Of a stretch of 64,000 nucleotides of DNA, positions 20,452 through 30,100 are shown piece after piece (position 1 is the first letter of the stretch; each line of letters begins with the position of its first letter). A program made the translations under genes and the position numbers. The notes under the pieces were generated by a model that was not told where the DNA came from, did not search any database, and saw only the letters and a program-made list of their open reading frames with translations. Source of the stretch: Pirellulales bacterium (lineage in GTDB: Bacteria; Planctomycetota; Planctomycetia; Pirellulales; PALSA-1355); assembly GCA_963733035.1 (NCBI GenBank), contig CAVTBU010000006.1, positions 480,001 to 544,000 on the forward strand, in the 5' to 3' direction.

Positions 20452-20628
20452 TCGGTACGGGGACGACAAGAGCCACCTTGGACGACGTGTTATTCAGGGG
20501 CTCCGCCTCTGGTGTAGCTCCCAGCGGCTCCTCTGGTACTGTTCCGCTGCGGTCGGTGTGGCACAACCCCTGGAGGGCACATTCCTGAACAGGTTTGACC
20601 GCTTTATCCCTCTTGTTACCTTCGCCGA
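20452..20628. ncRNA. Putative structured non-coding RNA (rod with central bubble; 6S-like or cis-regulatory leader)
   Basis: Nested complementarity: 20452-55/20625-28, 20458-62/20620-24, 20465-72/20610-17, ~20x20-nt bubble, 20493-98/20584-89, 20501-04/20572-75, 20522-27/20544-49. Folded by eye only; strand uncertain. Confidence 0.3.
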
Positions 20629-20867
20629 AGCGTGCGGAGGGTATTGCACCATTCTTCTTTAGTTGAGCAGGTGGTAGGGCTTTGATCAAGACCGACTCGC
20701 CCGTTCGACACAGGCAAACGAGCTGAAAACTGACGGTTCTCGCGGATTTGCCGGTTCCGGCGGCCCCTCGAAGCCGCCGTCCGAGTCAAAACAGCACGAC
20801 GCCCGGGCGTCGGCTTGCTACACTGGGGCCGATTCCCCTTGACGCCAGTTTCTGGCAGATCCTCTCG

Positions 20868-21545
20868 ATGCGCATCCTGCTTACGCACCACGCCCCCCTC
20901 CAGCAGTCGCCAGCGGGCAAGCTGGTGTCGCAATGGGCTAGTGCCCTTCAAGCTCTTGGAAATGACGTTCGCTTGCTAGTGGCCGACAATCAGCATCGTT
21001 TCGGCGAGTTCCTCCCGACCGAACGAGTCGTGTGCGGCAGCGATCCCAACGCCGACTTGCTGTTCGGATTGCCGCGATTTACCGACGAGGACGGCTCGAG
21101 TGGGCGTCCTACCTTCGCCGAACTCTCCGATGCCCAACTCGTACGCTATCGCGACTGCTTGCGCCGCCGGTTGGACAACCAGATCATGCATTTCGATCCG
21201 CACGTGATTCACGTGCAACACATCTGGATTCTGGGGCAGCTTGCGCTCGAAAGTGGCGTTCCCTATGTACTCAATGCCTGGAACGCGGAATTGAACGATT
21301 TCGAATTGGATCCTCGCTATCAACCGCTGGCCGAGCAGGCCGCTGAGAATGCCAGCCGAATCCTCGTGGGTGACGAAGCGACGAGACTGCGGGTGAAAAC
21401 GCGGTTCGAAACCGCGGCCGACCGCATCGTCGTGTTGTCGGTGCCCGGTCCGTTTGAGCAAGGCCTGGATTACGTGTCCCCGGTGGACATCGGTGACCAA
21501 CTTCAAAATCTGTACCAAACGCTACTCACCGAGCGATTTGGCTAG
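20868..21545 (+). CDS. Glycosyltransferase family 4 N-terminal-domain-only protein
   Basis: MRILLTHHAPL start, LQALGNDVRLL and FDPHVIHVQHIW match the GT4 N-terminal domain; no C-terminal donor-binding domain (225 aa). Confidence 0.6.
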   Translation: MRILLTHHAPLQQSPAGKLVSQWASALQALGNDVRLLVADNQHRFGEFLPTERVVCGSDPNADLLFGLPRFTDEDGSSGRPTFAELSDAQLVRYRDCLRRRLDNQIMHFDPHVIHVQHIWILGQLALESGVPYVLNAWNAELNDFELDPRYQPLAEQAAENASRILVGDEATRLRVKTRFETAADRIVVLSVPGPFEQGLDYVSPVDIGDQLQNLYQTLLTERFG

Positions 21546-21549
21546 TCTG

Positions 21550-23079
21550 TCAAGCTGGTTGCGCGCCGGTATTGGATTCGCCAGGTTCAGGAGCGGGTCG
21601 AGCGGGCGTGCGATTGCCGAAAGCGTAGTACACAATCGCTCCCAATGAAATCAGGCCCAGGCCGACCATCCTGTGTCCGAAGTTCTCGAACAGCATCGTT
21701 ATTAGCAGGAAAGCATAGAAGGCCAGGAACACGAGCGGCACCAGCGGGTAGCCCCAGGCCCGATAGGGTCGTTCGGCGTTTGGCCGGCGGATGCGGAGTA
21801 CGAACACGGCGACCACGGCGGAGAAATAAAAGATCGACCCGCCAAACACGGTCCATTCACTCATCAGGTTGAACAGTTGTGCTTTGGGATCCCAACTCAG
21901 TCCTCCCATCAAGATCAAGGCACATGCCCAGCCACACATGCCGGCAATCGCCCAGGCGGGAGTTCGTGTCGCGGGATGAATGCGGCTAAATGGGCCCAGG
22001 AATGCGTGGTCTCGAGCCACTGCAAATAGGACTCGCGGTCCAACCAGCACGTTGGAACTTAGCGCGCCGAATACGGAGACCATTATCATCGAACGCATCA
22101 GCTTGGCACCAAAACTCGGCAGCAGCCGCTCGCATACGGGAATTGCGGGACAGGCGTTCTCGGGTGCGGCAATTACGCTCGATGGCAGCGTCAGATGATA
22201 CGCGAGATTCGCCCCGGCATAGAGCGCGATCAGAATCACGACGCCGGCGATCAGGCCCATTGGCAAGTTGCGTTGGGGATTATGGATTTCTTCGGCCACG
22301 ACCGTCACGTTGCCCCAGCCGTCGTAGGCCCACATGATCGCGGCCACCGCGGCTCCAATTCCCAATACAGCGCCGCCATCGACGGCGTCGGGCCACAGCG
22401 GGTCGATTTCGACCGGATCACCGCTCAGAGCAATAAACGGCAAGACGGCCAAGACGGCGACGAACCCTCCCTTGACGAGCGTTGCCACGTTCTGCACGGC
22501 ACCTGCCCATGTCGTTCGCAGGATACTGATGACGCCCAGCAACGAGATGACCGAAACGGCAAGGATCTTCTGCATATCCGTGGAGCCAGCTCCCGAGAGA
22601 TCGATGCCCGAGGGACTTCCAGTCGAGCTGGGGTAAAGGACGTTCTCCAGCGACACGGCGAAGTAGGCGGCCAGCGCGGCGATCGCTCCGGTCCGAATCA
22701 CCCAGAATTCAGCCCAGGCCCACAGAAACGACCATAGCGGGCCGTATGCTTCGCGCAAAAACACATACGTGCCACCGGCCCGGGGAAACATGGCGCCTAG
22801 TTCCCCCATCGACAATGCGCCGCATAGGTTCACCAGCCCGCACAGAATCCATAGCGCCAAGATCAGGCCCACAAACCCGCCGGTTTGCTGGGCGACAACC
22901 TGTGGTTTGAAAAAGATGCCCGAGCCGATTACCTGGCCCACGACGATGAACACGACCGAATAGAAGCCGAGCACCTTTTCGAGTTCGTGGTGCGGCTTGT
23001 TGGGTGCTGGAACCGAAGCGCGGGCGCGGGTGACGACATGCCGCCCAGCATACCGAGCGGTCTCGCGCGTGGCCAGCAA
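21550..23079 (-). CDS. APC family amino acid permease
   Basis: GQVIGSGIFFKP, ELGAMFPRAGGTYVFL and WAYDGWGNV..AEEI motifs; ~12 TM segments. True start uncertain (possibly ATG 23039 with a 1-bp indel). Confidence 0.9.
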   Translation of the reverse strand: MLATRETARYAGRHVVTRARASVPAPNKPHHELEKVLGFYSVVFIVVGQVIGSGIFFKPQVVAQQTGGFVGLILALWILCGLVNLCGALSMGELGAMFPRAGGTYVFLREAYGPLWSFLWAWAEFWVIRTGAIAALAAYFAVSLENVLYPSSTGSPSGIDLSGAGSTDMQKILAVSVISLLGVISILRTTWAGAVQNVATLVKGGFVAVLAVLPFIALSGDPVEIDPLWPDAVDGGAVLGIGAAVAAIMWAYDGWGNVTVVAEEIHNPQRNLPMGLIAGVVILIALYAGANLAYHLTLPSSVIAAPENACPAIPVCERLLPSFGAKLMRSMIMVSVFGALSSNVLVGPRVLFAVARDHAFLGPFSRIHPATRTPAWAIAGMCGWACALILMGGLSWDPKAQLFNLMSEWTVFGGSIFYFSAVVAVFVLRIRRPNAERPYRAWGYPLVPLVFLAFYAFLLITMLFENFGHRMVGLGLISLGAIVYYAFGNRTPARPAPEPGESNTGAQPA

Positions 23080-23159
23080 ACCTCACATTGGTGACGCAAT
23101 CGGCCGGAGGGCTATACTGGGCCGTGTCTTCCCTACTCGTCGACCGTGTTGGTTGCCTC

Positions 23160-24338
23160 ATGGAAAACCCACAAGATATCTGTCCCCGTCCCGATCGGTT
23201 GCCCAGTGAAGGCCCCACTCGCCCGCACGCGCCGCCGGTCTATCTTTCAAGCGTTTACGAGTGTGCGGATCCCCAGCAGGCGGACGCGCTACTGGACGGT
23301 CGCCTGCCGGGGTACGTCTACGCGCGCGACGGTCATCCAAATGGCGACCTGCTTGCCGAAAAGTGCCGTCAATTGCACGGCACGCAGCGGGCCGCAATTA
23401 CCGGTACCGGCATGTCCGCCCTCGCCTTGGTCGTACTGTCGCAACTTCAACCCGGCGACCACCTCGTCATTAGCAACCAACTTTACGGCCGAAGTAGCAC
23501 GCTGTTGACGACGGAGGCAGCGCGGTGGGGCTTGACGCACACCCTTGTCGACGCGTGCGATCTCAAGCAGGTCCGTGCGGCAATCAATGCCAGAACAAAG
23601 CTCTTGGTGGTCGAGACGATCAGCAACCCACTTTTGCGCGTGGCCGATTTGGCGGCCCTGGCCGATCTTGGCCACGCCAGCGGCGCGGCACTGTTGGCCG
23701 ACAACACGTTTGCTGGACCCATGGTTTGCACTCCCCATGCACTGGGTGCCGACTGGGTGATGGAAAGCCTGACCAAGAGCATGAATGGCCACAGCGATGT
23801 CGTGCTGGGATTGGTGTGTGGTTCAGCCGACCGATGGGAACGGCTACCCGCCACAATCTCGACCTGGGGGCTTTCGGCGGCACCGTTTGATTGCTGGCTG
23901 GCTCTGCGCGGTCTGGGGACGCTCGGCGTGCGGATGGAGCGGGCATGTCAGAACGCACTTGCCGTAGCGCAATCACTCGTTGGAGCGCCGGGCATTGATG
24001 CGGTCTACTATCCCGGCTTACCAGAACATCCAGATCACGCGCTGGCGCAACGGCAGTTCGGAGGGCGGTTTGGTTCGATGGTCAGTTTCACTCTCGCCGG
24101 CGGCCTGCAAGCAGCCACCGCCTTTATGAAGGCAGCATCTCAAATTCCGTTTTGCCCCTCGCTTGGAGAGCTTTCGACCACTTTGAGTCATCCGGCATCA
24201 ACGAGTCATCGATCGCTAACTTTCGGCGAGCAATTGGCCTTGGGCATCACAGGCGGAACAATCCGCCTGTCGGTCGGAATCGAATCGGTATCGGCTGTCG
24301 TCGATGCCGTACGGCAGGGATTGTTGGGAGTGAACTAA
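23160..24338 (+). CDS. PLP-dependent trans-sulfuration enzyme (cystathionine gamma-synthase/lyase family)
   Basis: YARDGHPN, GMSA, ETISNP, DNTFA, SLTKSMNGHSD (PLP lysine), PSLG, HPASTSH, IRLSVGIE. Confidence 0.9.
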   Translation: MENPQDICPRPDRLPSEGPTRPHAPPVYLSSVYECADPQQADALLDGRLPGYVYARDGHPNGDLLAEKCRQLHGTQRAAITGTGMSALALVVLSQLQPGDHLVISNQLYGRSSTLLTTEAARWGLTHTLVDACDLKQVRAAINARTKLLVVETISNPLLRVADLAALADLGHASGAALLADNTFAGPMVCTPHALGADWVMESLTKSMNGHSDVVLGLVCGSADRWERLPATISTWGLSAAPFDCWLALRGLGTLGVRMERACQNALAVAQSLVGAPGIDAVYYPGLPEHPDHALAQRQFGGRFGSMVSFTLAGGLQAATAFMKAASQIPFCPSLGELSTTLSHPASTSHRSLTFGEQLALGITGGTIRLSVGIESVSAVVDAVRQGLLGVN

Positions 24339-24573
24339 ACCGATCGGGCGGAAAAATCGGATGCCCAGGGCAGTGATCGTGAGGGTTGCAGGGGGGATCC
24401 ACAGTCACAAGCCGCTGATCCGGCACGGTAGGCCGACGGTGGGCCCAACTAAATTGCCAAACCGCGACTTGCCGATTTGAAGCTATGGACTGGGCAGTAG
24501 TAAAAGTTATGATAATAGGTCGCGTTGCTAATATCAGAGCCCCTTGAAGCGGGATGTGTTCCTGGAGTTGCGT

Positions 24574-24801
24574 ATGACGCAAAAGCAAAAAGAAGAAGCG
24601 TTAGAAGTCGAAGGTGTGGTCACCCAGGCGTTGGCCAACACCCGTTTTCGCGTGCAATTGGACGGTGGCCACTTGGTAATCGCCCACGTTGCTGGAAAAA
24701 TGCGGAAGCATTTCATTCGTATCGTGCCGGGTGACCGTGTACGTGTTGAGCTTTCCCCCTATGATCTGACCAAGGGCCGTATCACCTTCCGCGAACGCTA
24801 G
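24574..24801 (+). CDS. infA: Translation initiation factor IF-1
   Basis: [62 protein letters not shown] upstream. Confidence 0.98.
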   Translation: MTQKQKEEALEVEGVVTQALANTRFRVQLDGGHLVIAHVAGKMRKHFIRIVPGDRVRVELSPYDLTKGRITFRER

Positions 24802-25223
24802 CCTCGAGCGTCCAGGCCCGGTCATCTCCAATACTTCGCGCCCATTGTGGGCTGGTCTCGCCAACGACGTTCGCGGCGAGCAGGTTCGTTTCGCGCACAG
24901 GCCCCATCGAGACTTGGTCGAATTGCCAGCTTGGTGGCATCCGCGGGCTAGCGGAACGCATAGACAAAACTCGGCAATTTCGGCCCAATGCCAGGAGCTT
25001 TGCTAGGCGCCCGCGTCGTCATAACCTACGATTTAGTTTCCGGGTTGGGAGAATTGGGACAGATTTGCGGCGTCGGGCCAATGGAGTGACGCAAACTTCC
25101 CCCAATCGCTAAACTCTCAAAACTCGGCGTCAAGTCGAGGGGTATAAGCGGCTGGAACCTGCGCGGTGCGGTTCTCTGGCCGCGCGCAACTGCTTCATCG
25201 CGAATTCTCAGGAGAAAACCAAC

Positions 25224-26912
25224 GTGAAACAGATCCTTCTTTCCGTGCTCGCTGTAGCGTTGCTCGCCCTCCCAGCAACGCGTTGCGTGGCGCAAGACGC
25301 CGAGGACGTAAAGCCCGTCGCCGTCCTGTCGATTGCTAGTTACGACCGACTGATGAGCGACATCGCGTTCATCGGCGATCTGACCGGAAACCCCGACCTC
25401 GACAAAAATCTCGAGGGCATGATCCAGTTGTTTACACAGGGTCAGGGTCTTGCGGGGCTCGACCGCAAGCGTCCCCTTGGCTTGGCGCTCAATACCGACG
25501 GGTTGCAATTTCAGTTTCTCATTGTGTTGCCGGTGACTGACCTGCAACAGTTGCTGGCCGCGCTCGAGGGGTTGGTTGGCGCTGCACAAGACGCGGGAGA
25601 CGGAGTTTTTGAACTCGACGTCTTTAATCAGAAGATTTATGTCAAGGAAAACAATACTTGGGCCTACCTGTCGACGTCGCCAGAGCCGCTCGCCACGCTG
25701 CCCAAAAACGGCGGAGATCTGTTCGGCGGGCTGGAAAAGACCTACGACATTGCCGGCCGCCTGTATGTGCAGAATGTACCCGAAGTCTTCCGCACGATGC
25801 TAATCGACCAGTTGCGCGTCGGTGTCGATGCAGGGATGGCCCGTCAACCCAACGAGAGTGACGAAGCGTACGAAACGCGTCGCAAGATGGTCGATGCGCA
25901 GATTGATTCGCTGACGACGGCGATCAACGATTTGGACCAATTGACACTCGGTCTGACGCTGAATCGGGAAGCCAAGACTGCGCAACTCGAATTGGCATTC
26001 AAGGCCGTGCCGGGCACCGAAACGGCCAAGCAACTTAGTCGAACCAAGGCTACGACTTCACGCTTCGCCGGTTTCCTCCAGCCAGACGCTTCAGCTTCGC
26101 TGAGTCTGACTTCGGAACTGGCCGAAAGCGATGCCGCGCAGTACGTGGCCGGGTTGGACGCCATTCGCGGACAAGTCATGCAGCACATCGAAGGCGAGGG
26201 TCGCTTGAAGGACGAAGCCTCGAAGAAGCTGGCCAAGGAGATGATGGGACAGGTGTTCGATGCGATCAAGGCCACTTTCGAAAGCGGGAAGATCGATGCC
26301 GGCGCAACGCTAGACGTCAGTGACAAATCGATGGCGCTCGTCGTGGGTGCCTACGTGGCTGACACGAAGTCGCTCGACGAGGCCCTGCAAAAGTTCGCCA
26401 AACTGGCTGCTGGTGAACCTGGCTTTTCGCCGATCGCATTCAACGCCGCCGAGCACGCGGGCGTGAAGTTTCACACCACGTCCATTGACGTGCCCGCCGA
26501 CCACAAGATTGCCACGGTCGTAGGCGACAAACTCGAGGTGGCCGTGGGAATAGGCAAGGACACGGTCTATTTGGCTTTGGGCACCGATAGCTTGAATTTG
26601 GCCAAAAAGCTCATTGACCGGTCGGCCTCCGAAGCGGGCAAGGAGCTTCCCCCATTTCAATTGAACGTGGCCTTGGAGCCGATCTTCCAGTTTGCCGCCG
26701 CTCTGCAAGGCGAAGGCACCGAAAGCAATTTGAAGACCATGGCCGAGGATTTGGCCAAAGCGCCCGGCAAGGACCATGTGCGATTGGAGTATGTGCCGAT
26801 GCAGGACGGCGGCAGCCTCCGGCTCTCGGCCGAGGAAGGGGTGCTGCAACTCTTGGGCACGGCCTTCAAGAACGCCCAAGCCAGCGGAGCCCTGCCGATT
26901 CCAGGTTTCTGA
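25224..26912 (+). CDS. Conserved exported hypothetical protein (planctomycete, DUF3352-like)
   Basis: GTG start after AGGAG RBS, Sec signal peptide, 562 aa, followed by a terminator. Confidence 0.65.
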   Translation: MKQILLSVLAVALLALPATRCVAQDAEDVKPVAVLSIASYDRLMSDIAFIGDLTGNPDLDKNLEGMIQLFTQGQGLAGLDRKRPLGLALNTDGLQFQFLIVLPVTDLQQLLAALEGLVGAAQDAGDGVFELDVFNQKIYVKENNTWAYLSTSPEPLATLPKNGGDLFGGLEKTYDIAGRLYVQNVPEVFRTMLIDQLRVGVDAGMARQPNESDEAYETRRKMVDAQIDSLTTAINDLDQLTLGLTLNREAKTAQLELAFKAVPGTETAKQLSRTKATTSRFAGFLQPDASASLSLTSELAESDAAQYVAGLDAIRGQVMQHIEGEGRLKDEASKKLAKEMMGQVFDAIKATFESGKIDAGATLDVSDKSMALVVGAYVADTKSLDEALQKFAKLAAGEPGFSPIAFNAAEHAGVKFHTTSIDVPADHKIATVVGDKLEVAVGIGKDTVYLALGTDSLNLAKKLIDRSASEAGKELPPFQLNVALEPIFQFAAALQGEGTESNLKTMAEDLAKAPGKDHVRLEYVPMQDGGSLRLSAEEGVLQLLGTAFKNAQASGALPIPGF

Positions 26913-26957
26913 ATCTTAGCAACTAACCGGCAGGATGCCGAACTCGTGAACACTCGC

Positions 26958-26993
26958 AACGGCACCGGTCCCAGTTGGACCGGTGCCGTTTTT
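26958..26993 (+). terminator. Rho-independent terminator
   Basis: Perfect 14-bp stem AACGGCACCGGTCC-CAGTT-GGACCGGTGCCGTT ending in a T5 run. Confidence 0.85.
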
Positions 26994-27172
26994 CGTGGCT
27001 TGCCAGGCACGTTTTACTTGCTGTTTTTGCCGTATTTTGCTTGTTGCGGGGCCGAAACCGCGTAACTAGTATGAAGTGGCCTCGATCCGTAGTGCTATTC
27101 TGTTCGACCACATCCGATTGGTCCGCAGATGGTCAAGCGCCATATTCCCCTCCAGAGCAATTACCACATAAC

Positions 27173-30100
27173 ATGTTTGATCCAGTGCATCGGCGATCAA
27201 CACGAAAGTCCGGTACTCATGCGCAGCGTAGCACCCAAGCCGCGAAGTTTCACCCCGGTCTTGAACCGCTAGAAGACCGGCGGATGCTTCATTTTGACGG
27301 CTACCAACAGGCGCTTGTTGCGTTCGAAGGTGACGACCTGGTCGGTAAGGACGGGCCAATGTCCCGAGTTGGCTTTGACCTGACGCTGATGTTCGAACAG
27401 TACAAGATTCAGACCAGCCTCGACCCAGGAGCCGCGTTTGTACCGTCGGGCGGGCTGCCGGTCGAAATCTCAGGGAATTCTATCAATATCGATCTGGTAG
27501 GTTCCGGCGATGCCAACGCCTTTCGGAATCAGTTGACGTCGCTGGGAATGACGAACATTGTTTCGTTTGGTTCGCTCGTCAGTGGAAGCATTCCGCTGGG
27601 TAACTTGGATCAATTGGCCGGCTTGAACACGCTCCTCTTTGCGAGACCAACCTATCTGCCTATTACGTCGGCCGGTTTGACAACAAGTCAAGCCGATTCG
27701 GCGCTACACGCCGACGAGGCTAGATCCCTGTTTGGAGTGGATGGCAGCGGAATCACCGTTGGCGTGATCTCCGACAGTTTCGATTCCGTACCTTATGCGG
27801 GCGGTGTCGACGGAGTGACAAAGGATATTCAAACGGGCGACTTGCCGCAGGACACGCAAGTCCTTCAGGACTTCGTGTCTCCGTTTTCCACAGATGAAGG
27901 CCGTGCCATGGCGCAGCTGATTCATGACCTTGCTCCCGGTGCCGCGATTCGATTCGCAACCGCCGACGTGAATGGTCAAGTTGGCTTTGCCCAAAATATC
28001 TTGGCTCTGGCAAATGCGGGAGCCAACGTCATCACGGATGACATCAGTTACTTTGCCGAACCGTTCTTTCAGGATGGGGTCATCGCGCAGGCCGCCCAGC
28101 AAGTAGTTGCCCAGGGCGTTTCCTACTTTTCGTCTGCGGGTAACGAAGAGGCTAGGTCGTATGAGAGTGCTTTCGTCGATTCCGGGCAGACGCTGGCAAA
28201 CGGCGCCAAACTGCACGATTTCGACCCTGGCCCGGGTGTCTCGACACTTCAAGAAATCAAACTGCCAGTGGGCGACGCAGTTCAAATGAGTTTTCAGTGG
28301 GATCAGCCCTTCGCTTCGCTCGGCGGTGCAGGTTCGCAGAGCGACTTAGACATTTCCCTCATTGGTGCCGACGGGACGACTGTAGTTGCCAGTTCGATAG
28401 ACCAGAATATCGGTGGTGATCCGATTGAGTTCCTGCAGGCTCTCAACGACGGCAGCATAGACCTCGACAACGACGGGCAGCCTGACACCAAATTCTACAT
28501 TCAGATTTCGCTCGTTTCCGGACCTGCACCGGGTCTGATGAAGTACGTTGACTTTGGTCGCTCGTCGACAATCGTTTCTTTTGCGACCGATAGCAGCACC
28601 GACGTGGGACATCACAATACCGCGGGCGTCATCGGAGTTGCGGCAACGGCCTTTTACGGTACGCCTCAGTTTGGCATCACGCCGCCCGTGCTCGACTATT
28701 ATTCATCCAAGGGCGGAACGTCGATCTTATTTGACACCAGTGGTCAGAGGTTGACGACGCCGTTCAATCCGAACTCTCCGCAGTTGACCGGGGTCGACGG
28801 AACAAACACGACCTTCTTCGGAAGTGATATCTCCCAGGACGCAGATTCGTTTCCCAACTTTTTCGGAACGTCGGCGGCAGCACCTCATTTGGCTGCTGTC
28901 GCAGCATTGATGATCGAGTTGACCGGGGGGCCCGGGAGCGTCGCGCCAGACGACATCTACAATGCGCTGGAAGAAACTGCGATAGACATCGTAAATCGCT
29001 CGGATGGCACGGTCTTGATACCGATTGTCAATGGCCAGGGTTTCGACCTATACAGCGGCTATGGACTTGTCGACGCCGTGGCGGCATTGCAATCGATAAA
29101 CTCCCGCGTCTCGCTTGGCGACGACGTCGCAATGCTCGAAGGCGATAGTGGCATTACGAATTTCGTCTTTGCGGTCAACTATATGGGAACGGCTGTCAGC
29201 CCAGTCACGGTAGCCTATACAACCTTGGACGGTACCGCGGTGGCCGGTGCCGACTACCTTTCTAACAGTGGAACGCTTACGTTTTCCGTTGGTGGGGCCA
29301 CGACGCAATGGATCACGATTGGTGTCGTCGCGGACCAGGTTGTGGAGTCAAATGAAACGTTTTTGGTAAAACTCAGCAGTCCCGAGAACGCGGTGCTGGG
29401 TCGAAGCCAGGCCGTGGGCACAATACTGAACGACGACATCGACTTGTCGATTAACGATGTCGCTCTGGTCGAGGGTCACAACGGACTTAGGGATGCGGTT
29501 TTTACCGTTTCGACCTACGGGGTTGTAAATCAAGTCATATCCGTTAGTTATACGACGGTAAACAATACCGCACAGGGTGCCAGCGATTACTTGCCAACCG
29601 CCGGTGTGGTAACACTCAATGCCCAAACACCCACGGCGTTGGTTACCGTACCTGTCGTCGGTGATATTGTGGACGAGGACGACGAGACATTCTTCGTCGT
29701 GTTGACGAGTTCGCATGGTGCGCGAATTGCCGACGGCACGGGAGTGGGCACGATCATTGATGACGATCAATCGCCTGCGCTCTATGTGAACGACGTGCAA
29801 GTGACGACGACGGCCTCCGGGACGTTTGCGGCAATGTTTACGGTTGGGCTCGATGCCGTCAGCGGTCGCGCGGTGACGGCCAATTTTGCCACGTCTGACG
29901 TCAGCGCCCACAGCGGTGTGGACTATTCCGGGCTGGTTGGCGTATTGACCTTCAATCCGGGCGTGCGCACGCAAACCGTGGTGGTTCCCATCATGACCGC
30001 CGCGGTGTACTCGGCCGACAAGACGTTTCATCTGAACCTCACGAGTGCTCAGAATGCCTTGATGGCCGATCCGCAGGGGACGGCCACGATCGTGTTTGCC

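Noticed and set aside
20494..20652. 52-codon minus-strand ORF (MVQYPPHASAK...) as a possible precursor peptide for the RRE/M50 protein
   Set aside because: No clear RBS or leader/core features, and it overlaps the self-complementary element; cannot be supported without conservation data.
20705..20755. c-di-GMP-I riboswitch suggested by GGCAAAC...GAAA...GACG
   Set aside because: The stem around GAAA does not pair and GACG is not followed by CAAA; it forms a simple GGCAAA/TTTGCC hairpin.
26975..27172. N-terminal extension of the subtilase ORF
   Set aside because: It begins inside the upstream terminator; ATG 27173 gives the expected basic leader before the LEPLE motif.
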